Source of the DNA: Octopus vulgaris
Taxonomy: Eukaryota
Direction: 5' to 3'
Length of the DNA: 64,000 nucleotides
NCBI GenBank assembly: GCA_951406725.2
Contig: OX597815.1
Span: 92,070,001 to 92,134,000 of the forward strand
Within the stretch, counting starts at the first letter, position 1, and every line of letters starts with the position of its first letter. The translations under genes and the position numbers were made by a program. Below, piece after piece: positions 26,060-38,672 of the stretch. The notes beneath the pieces are model-generated. The model saw only the letters and a program-made list of their open reading frames with translations. It was not told the DNA's origin and made no database searches.

Positions 26060-28003
26060 ATAAATATTACAAGTATAACATCATGTTAGCTGTTTTGTTC
26101 ATCATCAACCAGTGAGTAGCATGTTAAATTTGTATGTTACACTTTGAAAAATGATTCAAAAAGACTAGTAAAGGTATGCATAAATTTAAAAACTTTATTT
26201 AAAGAAAAACAACTTGAAGTTTCAGATAAAGTTTATACAAAGAACAAACGCTAGTTTATAATATCTAACAGTAATTTTTCTTGGCTGTTTACATGTCTAA
26301 ATCTATAAAGCCTAAATGTGTGTATGTTATAGTTATCATGAATGTAAGCAAAATACTGTGTAAAATATGGTCATTTATGGCCAACCAAGATTCATATTGG
26401 TATCTAAGGTTTAACACTGATATAGATAATTATGTTGTGATCATTTAGCCAATAAAATTTTGACTAAAGGTAGAAATAGAGGGTTTTTTTTTAATTGGAC
26501 GTCACAAATATCTCATAGACAACCCCACATTGATAGGAGGCAATATTCAAATTCTGCTGAGGTCAGCTTTGCCTTTCGTCCTTGCGGGGTCAATAAATAA
26601 AGTACTAGTTGCGCACTGGAGTCGATCTAATCGACTGGTCCCAAAAATTTCAGGTCTTGTGCCTAGAGTAGAAAAGAATATTCATGAAGGGAGGTAATTT
26701 TCAACGAGGGGAGTAAATTCTGTCTCCAACCTCACATACTTTTTTGAAACAAACGCCTGTACAGATCTAACCTTTTTACAAAGAGCCTTCTACCAATATA
26801 TCAAAGTCATTACCTCCGATGACATCACTCTCACATAGATACTATTCTTTTCTTTTTTGAGTAAAAAAAAAATAATAATTAGGTCGTTTAATATAATAAT
26901 CAGTATTTAAAAAATTGCACTTAATTTGGAGAGAAATTTCTTTAAAAAATATGAAATAAGAAAATTCTTTAAGAAATTATATGTACTAATTATTCAAAAT
27001 ATTAATTCAATATGTTTAAATAAGGCAATATTACATTTTGAACAGGTTAAAGATTTTGAAAAAACAGTTTCTGATGTATTGGAGCTGGCAAAAGCTGATT
27101 TTTAAGTCAAAACAGTGGGTGCTTATGCCAATTTTATTTAGAGTTTACTCAAATTACAAGACTCAGAACTTTATGCAATTCTCAATCTCGCCAACATGAG
27201 ACAATGAATTAGGTTCATTGTCACATGTTTTTGCTCGTTACAAAAATTGAATTATTTGTACTTAATCAGTTGTATAAAAAAAAAAAAAGATTCTTGATTC
27301 AGTTAAAATTTTGTTAAGTTCAATTTTTAATTATTATAATTTAATGTGTTTTATGAACAATATTAATGTCAAGTATAATATTTGTTGAATCAATTCCAAG
27401 AATAAAATAAAGAATCCAAAGAATATTTTCATTTTTTGTCAATTTTCTTCTTTTAAATTTAAACTTCCAGTCTTACTTGAGACATAAAATATTTGAGGTT
27501 GCAAAGAGAGGTAACATTTAACAAGTCACACAAGACCTTTATTCAAGGAAGGACTCTTCATAATGCATTAGGACTGACCTCTCTTTACAACATACAGCTT
27601 ACTTAACTAGTTTTATCTTCTGGTTGTTGCTGATGTCAGCTATTCCTAGTTTCCTCAGGTTTCACTTGATACACTTTGAAATAATTATACTCTCTATATC
27701 AGATCACCTACTGTTCTGCCATGTACTCCTACAACATTCTCACATAAAGTCAGCCAGTCATATACCACTTCCACATCAAGCCACTCACTACTTCATACCC
27801 CACCACCTGATCAAGTCACCACTGCCAGACAGCTGGTCCCATACCAGTCACCCACTTACCATCACTGTGCCTAAGATCATGATAAATGACAACATATTGC
27901 ACAACAGACCTGTCCACTCTTAAACTGGAGAAATAAATACTAAAATGCTAATGATTGCCCTACACATGCACACACAGACACTGCATGTTACAAGTTAGTC
28001 ACT

Positions 28004-28880
28004 CATCATCATTTAACATCTGTTTGCCATGCTGGCATGGGTTTGATGGTTTGAGTGGAGCTGGCAAGCTGGAGAGTTGCCCAGGCTCCAACTGTCTGTT
28101 TTAGCATGGTTTCTACAGCTGGATGCACTTCCTTATGCCAACTACTTTACAGAGTGTACTGGATGCTTTTTTATGTAGCACCAGGACAGGTGCTTTATAC
28201 AACACTGACAGAGGAGCTTATTATGTGGCACCGACGTGGGTGCTTTTACTTTGCATCACCACGGGTGCTTTTCTATGTGGCACCGGCACTGGTGTTTTAC
28301 ACCAGGCACTGGCACGGGTGCTTTTTACATATCAAAACAGGTACTTTTTTATGTGGCACTAGCATTCATGAGCTGGCACCAGTACCCATAAGCCTGCAAG
28401 ACAAGAAACTCTTAACTGAGAAAGAGTAGTGGGTATAACTGTGAAAGAGATGCCTGTATGTATGGATGGCCACAACTTTACTTAGTTTGATGAGTCTTCT
28501 TAAGCACAGCAAATCATCAGAAGCCTTGGCCACTGGTCATCTCTTGTGTGAGACCCAACGTCTGAAATTCATTTCTCAAACTTCATTTCACATCTTCCTG
28601 TATCTACCCCTTCCACAAGTTCCCTCTGCAATAAGGAATCGGCACTTCTTTATGCAGCTGTCCTCATCCATACACATCACATGACCATACCACTGCAGTC
28701 TTCTCTTTTGCCCACAACATCTGATATCTCTATATCCAGTTTTTTTCTTAAATCATTCACCATTCTGTTGTACCAGCACACTAACATTACTCGTCCAGCA
28801 GAGCAAACTAGTTTCATTTCTTTCAAGCCTTCGCATGTCTTCTGTAGTCATAGGCCATGTTTCACTGCCTGTAGCATAAA
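28004..28880 (-). mobile_element. Older RTE LINE 3' portion
   Basis: Tail catcatttaacatc, internal ttatgtggcacc repeats and a degenerate C-terminal coding region. Confidence 0.8.
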
Positions 28881-28904
28881 AACAAATTCCTTTCACTGTA
28901 AATA

Positions 28905-29481
28905 AAACAGTCTCTGAAACCAACAGTTAACTCAGTGCTAACATGCTTATTGTAGTGAGACAAGAACTTTTAATTAAAATTACAGCCATAGTTAGGAGAG
29001 AGGGAAACTATCAACTTGAATTGGAATCAGCTTAAAGATTAATTAGTGATAATGAAAGACATGGGAAACAGCTACAACATTTAAATCAATTAAAACAAGA
29101 GCACTCAGAGAGCACAAACCTCCACCAAGGCAACACCAATGTCCTCTCAATGATTAGCTGGAGAATAATTTTAAAATGAGAATATCTGAAATAAACTCGA
29201 CTGCTCTCACAAATGAGAACACTAAAAATGAACCCGGCTGCTCTCAAAAATTAAGTAAAAAATCCAGAATTCTTGTCTGGTACTGGATTGATCCCAAAAT
29301 CTAATTTATGCCCGTCATGAGGCTAAACATGCCTGTAAGTTTCATCCAAATCCATCCAGCAGTTCTTGAGATATCTTGTCCATGATCAAACAAACAAACG
29401 CAACTGAAAACAATACCTCTGCCTTCGCTAAGGAAGAGGTAATTATGTATATGCTTGCTATGAGGAATGAATGATCTTTGG
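28905..29481 (+). repeat. Left arm of an inverted duplication; contains a Helentron-associated (HINE/DINE-like) element at ~29094-29443
   Basis: Reverse complement of 30720-31249. The internal element runs aacaagagcactcagagagcacaaacctccaccaagg...cctctgccttcgctaaggaagaggtaat. Confidence 0.9.
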
Positions 29482-30125
29482 TAAGTACAGTGACAAATAT
29501 TTCAACCTTATTACAACCCGTCATACAAACATTGTCTTAAGTACTTACCAGACCCTAGATGACTGCGACAAATAAAAATTTTGAGTGGAAGACATCTGAC
29601 CTTCTACACTCCAGTCACAATACTAGCCTAAACTCTAGTTGTGTTGGCTAGGTTTCTTCAATCACAGAACTTAGCAGAGCATTAGTGTTCAAGTAAGTTG
29701 GACTGGCAGAACAGAATAGACTATAGAGCCAGAAGTGGGAAAATGTAAAGTTTTCTAGTAATAACATAAACCAGAAACAATTTAATACAGATTTCTTTAG
29801 AAAAGATATATTTTACACAGATATCAAAACCAAATTCCAAAATAAGAACTCATTCTTAAAAAAATGCATTTCAATTTTATATTTAAGAAAAAAATTAAAT
29901 TTCATTAAATGAATGGGAGAATCCTTTATGTAATCATTTGACTGTAAGAAATAGTAGCTGTTTCCCTTAAATAGCACTTTTATGACATCAAAAAAGGAAG
30001 GACATTGAATAATTTAGTCCTAAGTATTTAAAAAAATGGAATAGTCATGGTTGAAGGCCTTTGATTTATGTCTGTTCAACCAAAGGTTACAACAATAACA
30101 ACAATGACTAGAATTTTATAAAATC

Positions 30126-30532
30126 TTACACAAGTGTTTTATTTCCCAAAGGTAGTCTGGTAGCTTTAAAAATATGAATATCCCGTGCTGTGTCATAGAA
30201 CAGTTCCTCAATTTCAAAATGACACTTCATTTGTTCTAGAAATTTGGAATCTTTAGAATATCTAATTTTACAAGAAAGTAGTATCACAGAACCTGATCGG
30301 TTTGTGAAGTAGAGAAGAGTTTTTAGTAAATGGGGGAATGTCTCTTCTATATAAATGATATCAGCACCAACAATGAGATCATAATCAGCCATAAAAGAAT
30401 CAGAGAGGTTGTTTGTCCAATCAAGTTTCTTTGCCCGTAAAGAAATGTTACCATAAACAGCAGTGTTGGCATTGACATTTGCACACAGATTTTCCAAGGC
30501 TGATTGTCTTTCTGTCACAGTAACATCACCTC
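30126..30532 (-). CDS. METTL21A: METTL21A-like protein N-lysine methyltransferase, exon 3 (terminal)
   Basis: tttcag|; GGDVTVTER...LDW...YDLIVGADIIY (motif II DXXY)...ILLSCKIRY. Confidence 0.92.
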
Positions 30533-30719
30533 CTGAAAGAAAAAAAAAACAAAAGGAAAAATTAATATTTATTTACTTGTTTCAACCAAACGTCTACTTA
30601 AAAACAATAATTTTTACTGTTCAACTAATAAACATTAAAAGCACAGAACAATAAATGTTCTATTTAAGCCAATGACAAACCGGGCTGGATTCGAACTCAG
30701 AATGCTCTTAGCATTCTTG

Positions 30720-31249
30720 CCAAAGATCATTCATTCCTCATAGCAAGCATATACATAATTACCTCTTCCTTAGCGAAGGCAGAGGTATTGTTTTCAATTG
30801 CGTTTGTTTGTTTGTCTGTGGACAAGATATCTCAAGAACTGCTGGATGGATTTGGATGAAACTTTCAGGCATGTTTAGCCTCATGACTGGCATGAATTAG
30901 ATTTTGGGATCAATCCAGTACCAGACAAGAATTCTGGATTTTTTACTTAATTTTTGAGAGCAGCCGGGTTCATTTTTAGTGTTCTCATTTGTGAGAGCAG
31001 TCGAGTTTATTTCAGATATTCTCATTTTAAAATTATTCTCCAGCTAATCATTGAGAGGACATTGGTGTTGCTTTGGTGGAGGTTTGTGCTCTTGTTTTAA
31101 TTGATTTAAATGTTATAGCTGTTTCCCTTGTCTTTTAATCTTTAAGCTGATTCCAATTCTAACTATAGCTGTAATTTTAATTAAAAGTTCTTGTCCCACT
31201 ACAATAAGCATGTTAGCATTGAATTAACTGTTGGCTTCAGAGACTGTTT
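30720..31249 (-). repeat. Right arm of the inverted duplication (METTL21A intron 2)
   Basis: Near-identical reverse complement of 28905-29481 with three short deletions. Confidence 0.9.
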
Positions 31250-32179
31250 AGGTACCACTAAATATTACAAGATATTTAATCTGACATTTTATCATTCTAT
31301 TTCTGCCATCTACAGATATCATAATATTAATCTACAACTAAAAGGCTCTTAGTTTCAGACTCTCTACTATTGAACCAGTGCTGTTCTTGGTCCTTAGATA
31401 AAGTTGTTAATTATACCTGCATTACTGATAAAACTGAAACCAATGAAGGAATCTCTATGTAGTCATTCGTTCAGCTAGAAAAGGTAATGAAATCTTCTTC
31501 AAATCACATACCATACCATCATTTAAAAATAAAAGAACACATGGTTAATGTAGTCTGACAAAAATAAGATGAGATGATCATTGCTAGAAAGCCTCTGATT
31601 ATAGGTTTGCTTAATCAAGGCTGACTTGAGGCTAAGCAACAACAACAACACTGAAGGAGAAGAAGAAAGCAGAAGTATACAATAACTTAAGGCATTTTAT
31701 ATACAACTGACCAATTTGAGCCCTGTCATGTCCAATGGAATGGTCATTTGATGGTCAGTGACACTGGCATTACCTCAGTGTATTGTTGAGCAACTGTTCC
31801 CTCATATTGAAAAGGTTATGTAGAGTCAATTGATGGAACACTCCATTCTATGCATAGTATGGAGTAAGGCAGCAAGCTGGCAGAATCATTAGGATGTCAG
31901 ACAAAATGTTTAGTGACAATTTGTCCATCTTTACATTCTGAATTCAAATTCCACTGAGGTTGACTTTGCCTTTTGTCCTTTCAAGTATGATAAAATAAGT
32001 ACCAATTGAACACTAGGATTGATGTAGAAAAGGTGAGATGGTGACTCGGGAAAATCACATAAATGGAGCCCTCATGAGCCACATTTTACATTCAGCAATT
32101 GAAAGACTGAATAGTACAACCCCATCTGGTTGGGATTGGTTGTTCAACCATGTTAAAGGATGAATGAATGATACAAAAG

Positions 32180-32780
32180 TGTGACAGTGCTATATACAGT
32201 ATGGTAGTACTATATAGTGTTGCAATACTAAATACAGAGAGGTCATACTATATACTAGTCTGATATTAATATATAGAGTTGTAATACTATACAGTATGGT
32301 AGTACTATATAGTGTTACAATACTAAATACAGGATGGCCATACTATATACTAGTCTGATATTAATATATAGAATTGTAGTTCTATATACAGTATGGCAAT
32401 ATGTACTATTGTAGTGTTATATATAGCATGGAATTACTATATAAAGCAAGGTAATACAATGTATAATGTAGGAGTACTACATAGAGTGTGGTAGAACTAA
32501 ATAGTTATGACAGTTATACATATGTGTACAGTATTACACAGTCTGACAGTACTATACACTGTGTGTAATACTATATACAGTATGGCTGTACTATTCATAA
32601 TGTGATAGTACAATATATAGTATGGTGCTACTATGCACAGTGTTGTAGTACTATATATATATAGTGTAGAAATACTATATACAACATGGCAATACTGTAC
32701 ACATTATGGTAGTATTATACAGTGAGATATATCTATATTTACAGTGAGACAGCATATAGTAGTACAGTATAGTGATAGTA
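32180..32780. repeat. Degenerate ~20-22-bp minisatellite with a 95-bp higher-order duplication
   Basis: Recurrent tatatacagtatggtagtac-like unit; 32197-32291 is repeated from 32292. Confidence 0.8.
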
Positions 32781-33594
32781 GCTTACTCAAACCTATAATC
32801 AGTATGTTTGAGTTGAAGAGTACCAGACAAAATGTCTTTTGATATTTAATAAAGGTTTCACTTTAATCAAACACTTCAAAATCAAAGTTGTTTTACATCC
32901 CTCTGTAAAGGTGCCAACAAAATATTAGTGATACACTGCAATGGTTTAATACACTATCTTTGTAGCCTTAACAATAAGAAGTCAATATGCACAGAAGAGA
33001 AAACAATATTTCCATATGGTAATGATATGTTTAAAATAGTCCTGGGTTCTGTACATTACCAACAAATTCTATGTCAGGAATTTATAGTCAGCAATATGAT
33101 CTGTAAGTCAGCAACGTGTTCTATATGTCAGTGAACATATCACTGACATACAACTAACCAGGAACATATCACTGACATACGTGTTCTATATGTTATTCAG
33201 ACATTCTACATTTTAGTGATGAGTTGCTTGTGTCAGCTATATGTTTTCTATGTCAGCAATATATTATGTATGTCAACCATACATTTAATTTTCTCAATGA
33301 ACATTATGTGGTGTACTGTGTTTGATAACCAATTCATCCGTATTATAAATCTACTTTCTCTAGCATAACAAGGGCAATCCAGACTTACATATTGGATTGT
33401 AGTTGCCCAGAATAATCCAATACTAAAGTCTTCTAATACTAGTTCACAACTAACCAGGACAATTCAGCACTAAACTGGATCTCACTGAACTAAGACAATC
33501 CACTGCAGAATCTTCACAAATTGGATCATGCATTACAAGGACCAATCCAAGATTGAACTCCTCACAATAGGGAAAAGCTTTGCTTTGCTAACTA

Positions 33595-33786
<192 letters not shown>

Positions 33787-34534
33787 TTAGAGTTAATTAA
33801 TAACTCTTTGAAATGGCTCAGGTGTTGTCGAAGCTTAAATATTACAGTAGTGGCTAGGCCTCAGTTCAGTCAAGGGCAACTTGCAGCACTCTTTCTGTAT
33901 GGCATGCATAATATCATAATATAAACACTTTTTAAAAAGATTTCATAACACAATCTTTTGGTTCAACTTTGTTAATCTGAACAATTTGATTTTTTTTCTT
34001 TCTGTCACTCATCAGTTCTTTAATTAAATTTGCTTTGTGTCATCTACAGTTTTTTTAATTAAATTTGCTTTGTGTCATCTATATGATGTCATCTACACTA
34101 CATATGATGTTTCTTTAATCATTTACCTTTTACTTGTTTCAGTCATTAGACTGTGGCCATGCTGGAGCATCAGCATGAAAATTTTTTTGTTGAATGAATT
34201 GGCCCTAGTACTCTTTTTTTTTAAAACCTAGTACTTATTCTATGGGTCTCATTTGCCAAACCACCAAGTTATGGGAACAAAAACACACCAACACCAGTTA
34301 TCAAGCAGTGGTGGGGGACCAACACAGACATACACACATATATTATACTTTAATTAAAACTGCAAAATTATCACAAAAATTTACTGTTTCATGTTCCTAT
34401 TTGTTGGACAGTTGTGATGAACACTAAAGTAATAGTTTGGCGATAATTTTGCAGCTTTAATAAAAGCATTTTACTCTACCTTTGGTATTTGAGTACTATT
34501 TTTACCGCCTTGTTTTGCATTTATGTGCTCACCC

Positions 34535-34578
<44 letters not shown>

Positions 34579-34765
34579 GCACACACATATATACGACAAG
34601 CCTCTTTCAGTTTCTGTCTCCCAAATTCACGGGATCCAGACAAAAGCTGGTTATATTTTTCCGTTTTTTTTTCTTCCTTTTTTACTTGTTGCAGTCATTA
34701 GACTGTGGCCATGCTGGGGCACCAACTTGAGGAATTTTTAGTCGAATGTATCGGCCCCAGAATTT

Positions 34766-35744
34766 TTAATGTCAGTGTGTATACTCAACAGAGTGTAAGT
34801 ACCTTGAGAGAAAAGTTGGACCTAAGAAGCATCAGATGTGGTGTGCGAGAGATACGACTGCACTGGTATGGTCAAGTGGCGAGAATGGATGAGGATAGCT
34901 GTATGCAAAAGTGCCACACCCTAGCGGTTGAGGGAACCTGTGGAAGAGGTAGACCCAGGAAGACCTGGGATGAAGTGGTGAAGCACGACCTTCAAACCTT
35001 AGGACACATCAAGGAAATGACTAGTGACTGAGACTTTTGGAAATATGCTGTGCTTGAGAAGACCCAGCAAGCCAAATAAGACCATAACTTCATGGCCTAT
35101 GCCAGGGGTGTAACCAGCCCACTTATACGTAGCTTTTCCTTCTTTGGACACTAAACTCTGCTTGTGAAGACCTGTTGAGGCAAGTCAAATCAAAATCAAA
35201 ATCGATGACTGGCATCCGTGCTAGCGAGGTGCAAAGAGCACCATACAAGTATGATCGTTGACAGAGCGGCTAACCGGCTTCTGTGCCAGTGGCACATAAA
35301 AGGCACCATTCAAGTGTGATTGTTACCAGCATCGCCTTACTGGCACTTGAGCCCCATGCTAGTAGGGTGCTAAGAGCACCATTTGAGCATGATCGTTGCC
35401 AGAGCAGCTAACTGGCCTCCATGCCGGTGGCACGTAAAAGACACCATTCGAGCATGATCATTACCAGCATAGCCTTACTGGCACCTCTGCCGGTGGCATG
35501 TGTAAAAAGAATCAAGCGAGTTCGTTGCCAGTACTGCCTGACTGGCCCCCATGCCAGTGGCATGTAAAAGCACCCACTACACTCTTGGGGTGGTTGGCGT
35601 TAGGAAGGGCATCCAGCTGTAGAAACTCTGCCAGATCAAGATATAAGCCTGGTGCAGCTATCTAGTTCGCCAGTCCTCAGTCAAATCGTCCAACCCATGC
35701 TAGCATGGAAAGCGGATGTTAAACGATGATGATGATGATGATGA
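34766..35744 (+). mobile_element. RTE LINE, 5'-truncated
   Basis: LREKLDLRSIRCGV...RGRPRKTWDEVVKHD, full 3' UTR and (GAT)n tail. Confidence 0.92.
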
Positions 35745-36429
35745 TTTTCAACCAGTGCATGAGGTTAAGCCTAGAACGTTTCTCCACATGCTAGAAATAA
35801 CAGCCAGATCTTCTGAAAACTTTTTTATAACCACCTTGGTTATATTTTTTGGTTATTCTTCGATTTTTTTCTAAATTTTAAAATCCTTCTTACTTGTTTC
35901 AGTCATTGGACTGCGGCTATGCAGGGGCACTGCCTTGAGGAAATGGTTGGTTCAAGGCAAGTGCACATTGAACTGAATAATAAGCAAGATATTATCAAAG
36001 AAAAGGCCATAGCACCATCTTTAGTATCTGTTGTTGTTGTTGTTATTATTATTATTATGGAGTTGAATGTGTGTGTGTGGTGAAGTTATTAATATTAATA
36101 TCAATACATTAACCAACACCTTTGAAGTGAAATAATAGTTTCTATGCTTTTGGTTTGGCACTGCTGAATTGAGTCAAAGACTATATAATACAAGTCAGCA
36201 GAAAAAAAATGTGATATCCATAACAGTAAAGAAATATGACCTCCCCCAAACAGTAACCCTTGTGTTTAAAATCTCACTAACAAAAAGAAGAGAGGTTGTT
36301 TGGCTATCTATGGACTACATTGATCTTCTCATGTTGTGGTTTAGCCAAAAAGTTTGCTCAAATCAAGTAAACTTATGAACCAAAGGTGGCCGAGCCATGA
36401 CCATCTCAATGGTTTTCTTTCTTTTTGTC

Positions 36430-36785
36430 AGACATGGCTGTGTGGTTAAGATGGTTTCAAGTTCAGTTCCACTGCATGGCACTTTGGGCAAGTGCCTTCT
36501 ACTCTACCTAACCCCAGGCTGACCAGTGCCCAGTGAGAGGATTTGGTAGATAGAAACTGTGGAAGTCTGTTGTATGTGTGTGTGTGTCTTTGTACCCCAC
36601 CCTCACTACTTGACAACTGGCATTGGTTTGTTTACATCCCTGTAACTAAGCAGTTCAGCAAAAAAGTCCAACAGAATAAGTACCAGAGTTTTTAAAAATA
36701 AGCATTGGGGTTGATTTGTTTGAGTAAAATCCTTTAAGGCAAAGCCCTAGCATGGCTGCAGTCTAATGACTGAAACAAGTAGAAG
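36430..36785 (+). mobile_element. SINE family A, older copy
   Basis: Degenerate match to 24329-24717. Confidence 0.75.
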
Positions 36786-38468
36786 AGAGTGGCGTACCAA
36801 AGATTATACCATTCAATGTGTTCTAATGCTCCTCTTGAGTCATTGCAAGTGAACATGTGCAATAAAGACATGAGTACAGAAGAAGCTCCAGAGTGATACC
36901 ATTCAGTGAAGGATTGAGCATAATTTTTAAAGAAGAGAGACAAGGGTAAGAAGCGCCTGATTGAGATGGTGCAAACTTCAGCCAGGTCTGAAGATAATAA
37001 GTTGTAATTTTGTTGTTTATACCTAAAACATGGACTTGCAGTTTGTACTCAAGAAATGTGCAACGCACAGGTTATAATTATTTCTATAACATAATAATTT
37101 AAATGTTAAAGAGAATTGGATCTTTTCCTTTTGAACGGCACTTTGTAACATAATTTCTAGGTAACTAAAAAGTTTTAAACTTCGTATACTGGTAGAATGT
37201 GTTTATAAAACATCATTTTTTCTTGGCTTTATTGAGAAAATTCTATATGTTGTAACATATTTCGTCTTTAATTTCGAGCATTTCGGCAATTTTAACCAAT
37301 CGCTGACGTCCATTTAGGTAAATAACATTCTGTGCATAATGAATATGTCCCTCCTCTAAGAAACAGATTGGGTTTTTTGTTTGTTTTTGTTTTTGTTTTT
37401 CCAGTTTCAGCTCTTGAGCTGTGGCCATGCTGGGGCACCGCCATTGTGGTGAAAGAGTACAGCAGGGATCACCACCCCCTGCCGGAGCCTCGTAGAGCTT
37501 TTAGGTGTTTTCGCTCAATAAACACACACAACGCCGAAGAAAAAAGATACCCTTCCCCCACCCTAACCCTAACTAACCCTGACTCTAACCCTAAATCTAA
37601 AATAGATTGAAATGCAATAGATCGATACTAGGGCTATAATTATGGGTGACAATTTCATACGACACCGCTACGGAAAATGGGATTTTTTTCTAGCGGTGTC
37701 AAATGAAAATGTCACCCTAATAACACAAACTGTCTGCTTAAAGAATTAAAAAATTTCTTTGTTGTTTTTGTGCCCGGGTCAGACCTAGAACATCCACGAT
37801 GTGAATTTTCCGAGTCCTCGCCCCCAGCCCCCTTTCGCGAGAGAGCATTTTTTTGGTCACATTCGTTTAGAGGAAGTTGTTTTACACCTATTACACTATT
37901 TTTTTTTTTTTTGTTTTTAGGACCGAGTCAAACGCTTTAGTTTGGCCAACTTTTCACTTTTTCCGGAAATTTCTTTTTTGCGACATACGTACAAAAATAT
38001 GGAGATTATGATTCTGAAAAAAAAAAGACGTAGGATTCCTTAAAAAATAAATTGGTAAATTTTTAAAGGGGGAGGGGTTCCGTTTACATCTCAGCCATGT
38101 GAGCCTATAATCACTCATTCTTATTTAATTGTATATATTTTGTTTGTTTATTCATACGTTTCGTCTCATTGATACCCTGACCCCAATGTTTGTTTTGTCT
38201 GTCCTCGTATCGTCCCCTCTTTTTCTCAACCTCATGGTTAATAAAGAAATTGACTGAAAGGTATATATTGCTAGAATGCGCTCAGAGTTATAATGTAAAC
38301 TGACCCTTTATTATTGATTTTAGCAAGCCTTCCTTTTCGCCGGCCGCCATTATGAATATTCAGGCATAATTGTCCCTATCCGGGCCTCACGTCAGACACT
38401 GAGCATATGTGTGTGAGATATTGGTCAAAAATGTATCATAAAAATGGAATCATGAATATTTTACATAC

Positions 38469-38672
38469 CGAATCCCAGACGACCGCTGCAACTCCTAGCA
38501 GATCCCATTGTTGTAAAATAGTCAGTTGTTGTCCAACAAACTGGAAACTGCGCGTGGGTGTCTTGAACTGTTGGAATGGAATGCTATGGTCGTAAGGAAC
38601 CAGAGCTTGAGATGTGGCCGAACAGTTCGATTGAATGTTGTCGGATGTCTTGTTTGCATAGGCTACTTCCAT
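38469..38672 (-). CDS. METTL21A: METTL21A-like, exon 1
   Basis: MEVAY...ALVPYD...FQFVGQQLTILQQWDLLGVAAVVWDS; |gtatgt donor. The three exons give 723 nt (240 aa plus stop). Confidence 0.92.

Noticed and set aside
26785-26850. ~65-bp sequence repeated at ~41914-41980
   Set aside because: Probably a fragment of an ordinary dispersed repeat; no structure was identified.
33990-34020. Minus-strand CTGATGAGTGACAGAAA
   Set aside because: No stem II or III; followed by a poly-A tract.
35210-35580. Regularly spaced palindromic repeats resembling a CRISPR array
   Set aside because: The spacers are homologous to each other, the context is a eukaryotic LINE 3' UTR, and there are no cas genes.
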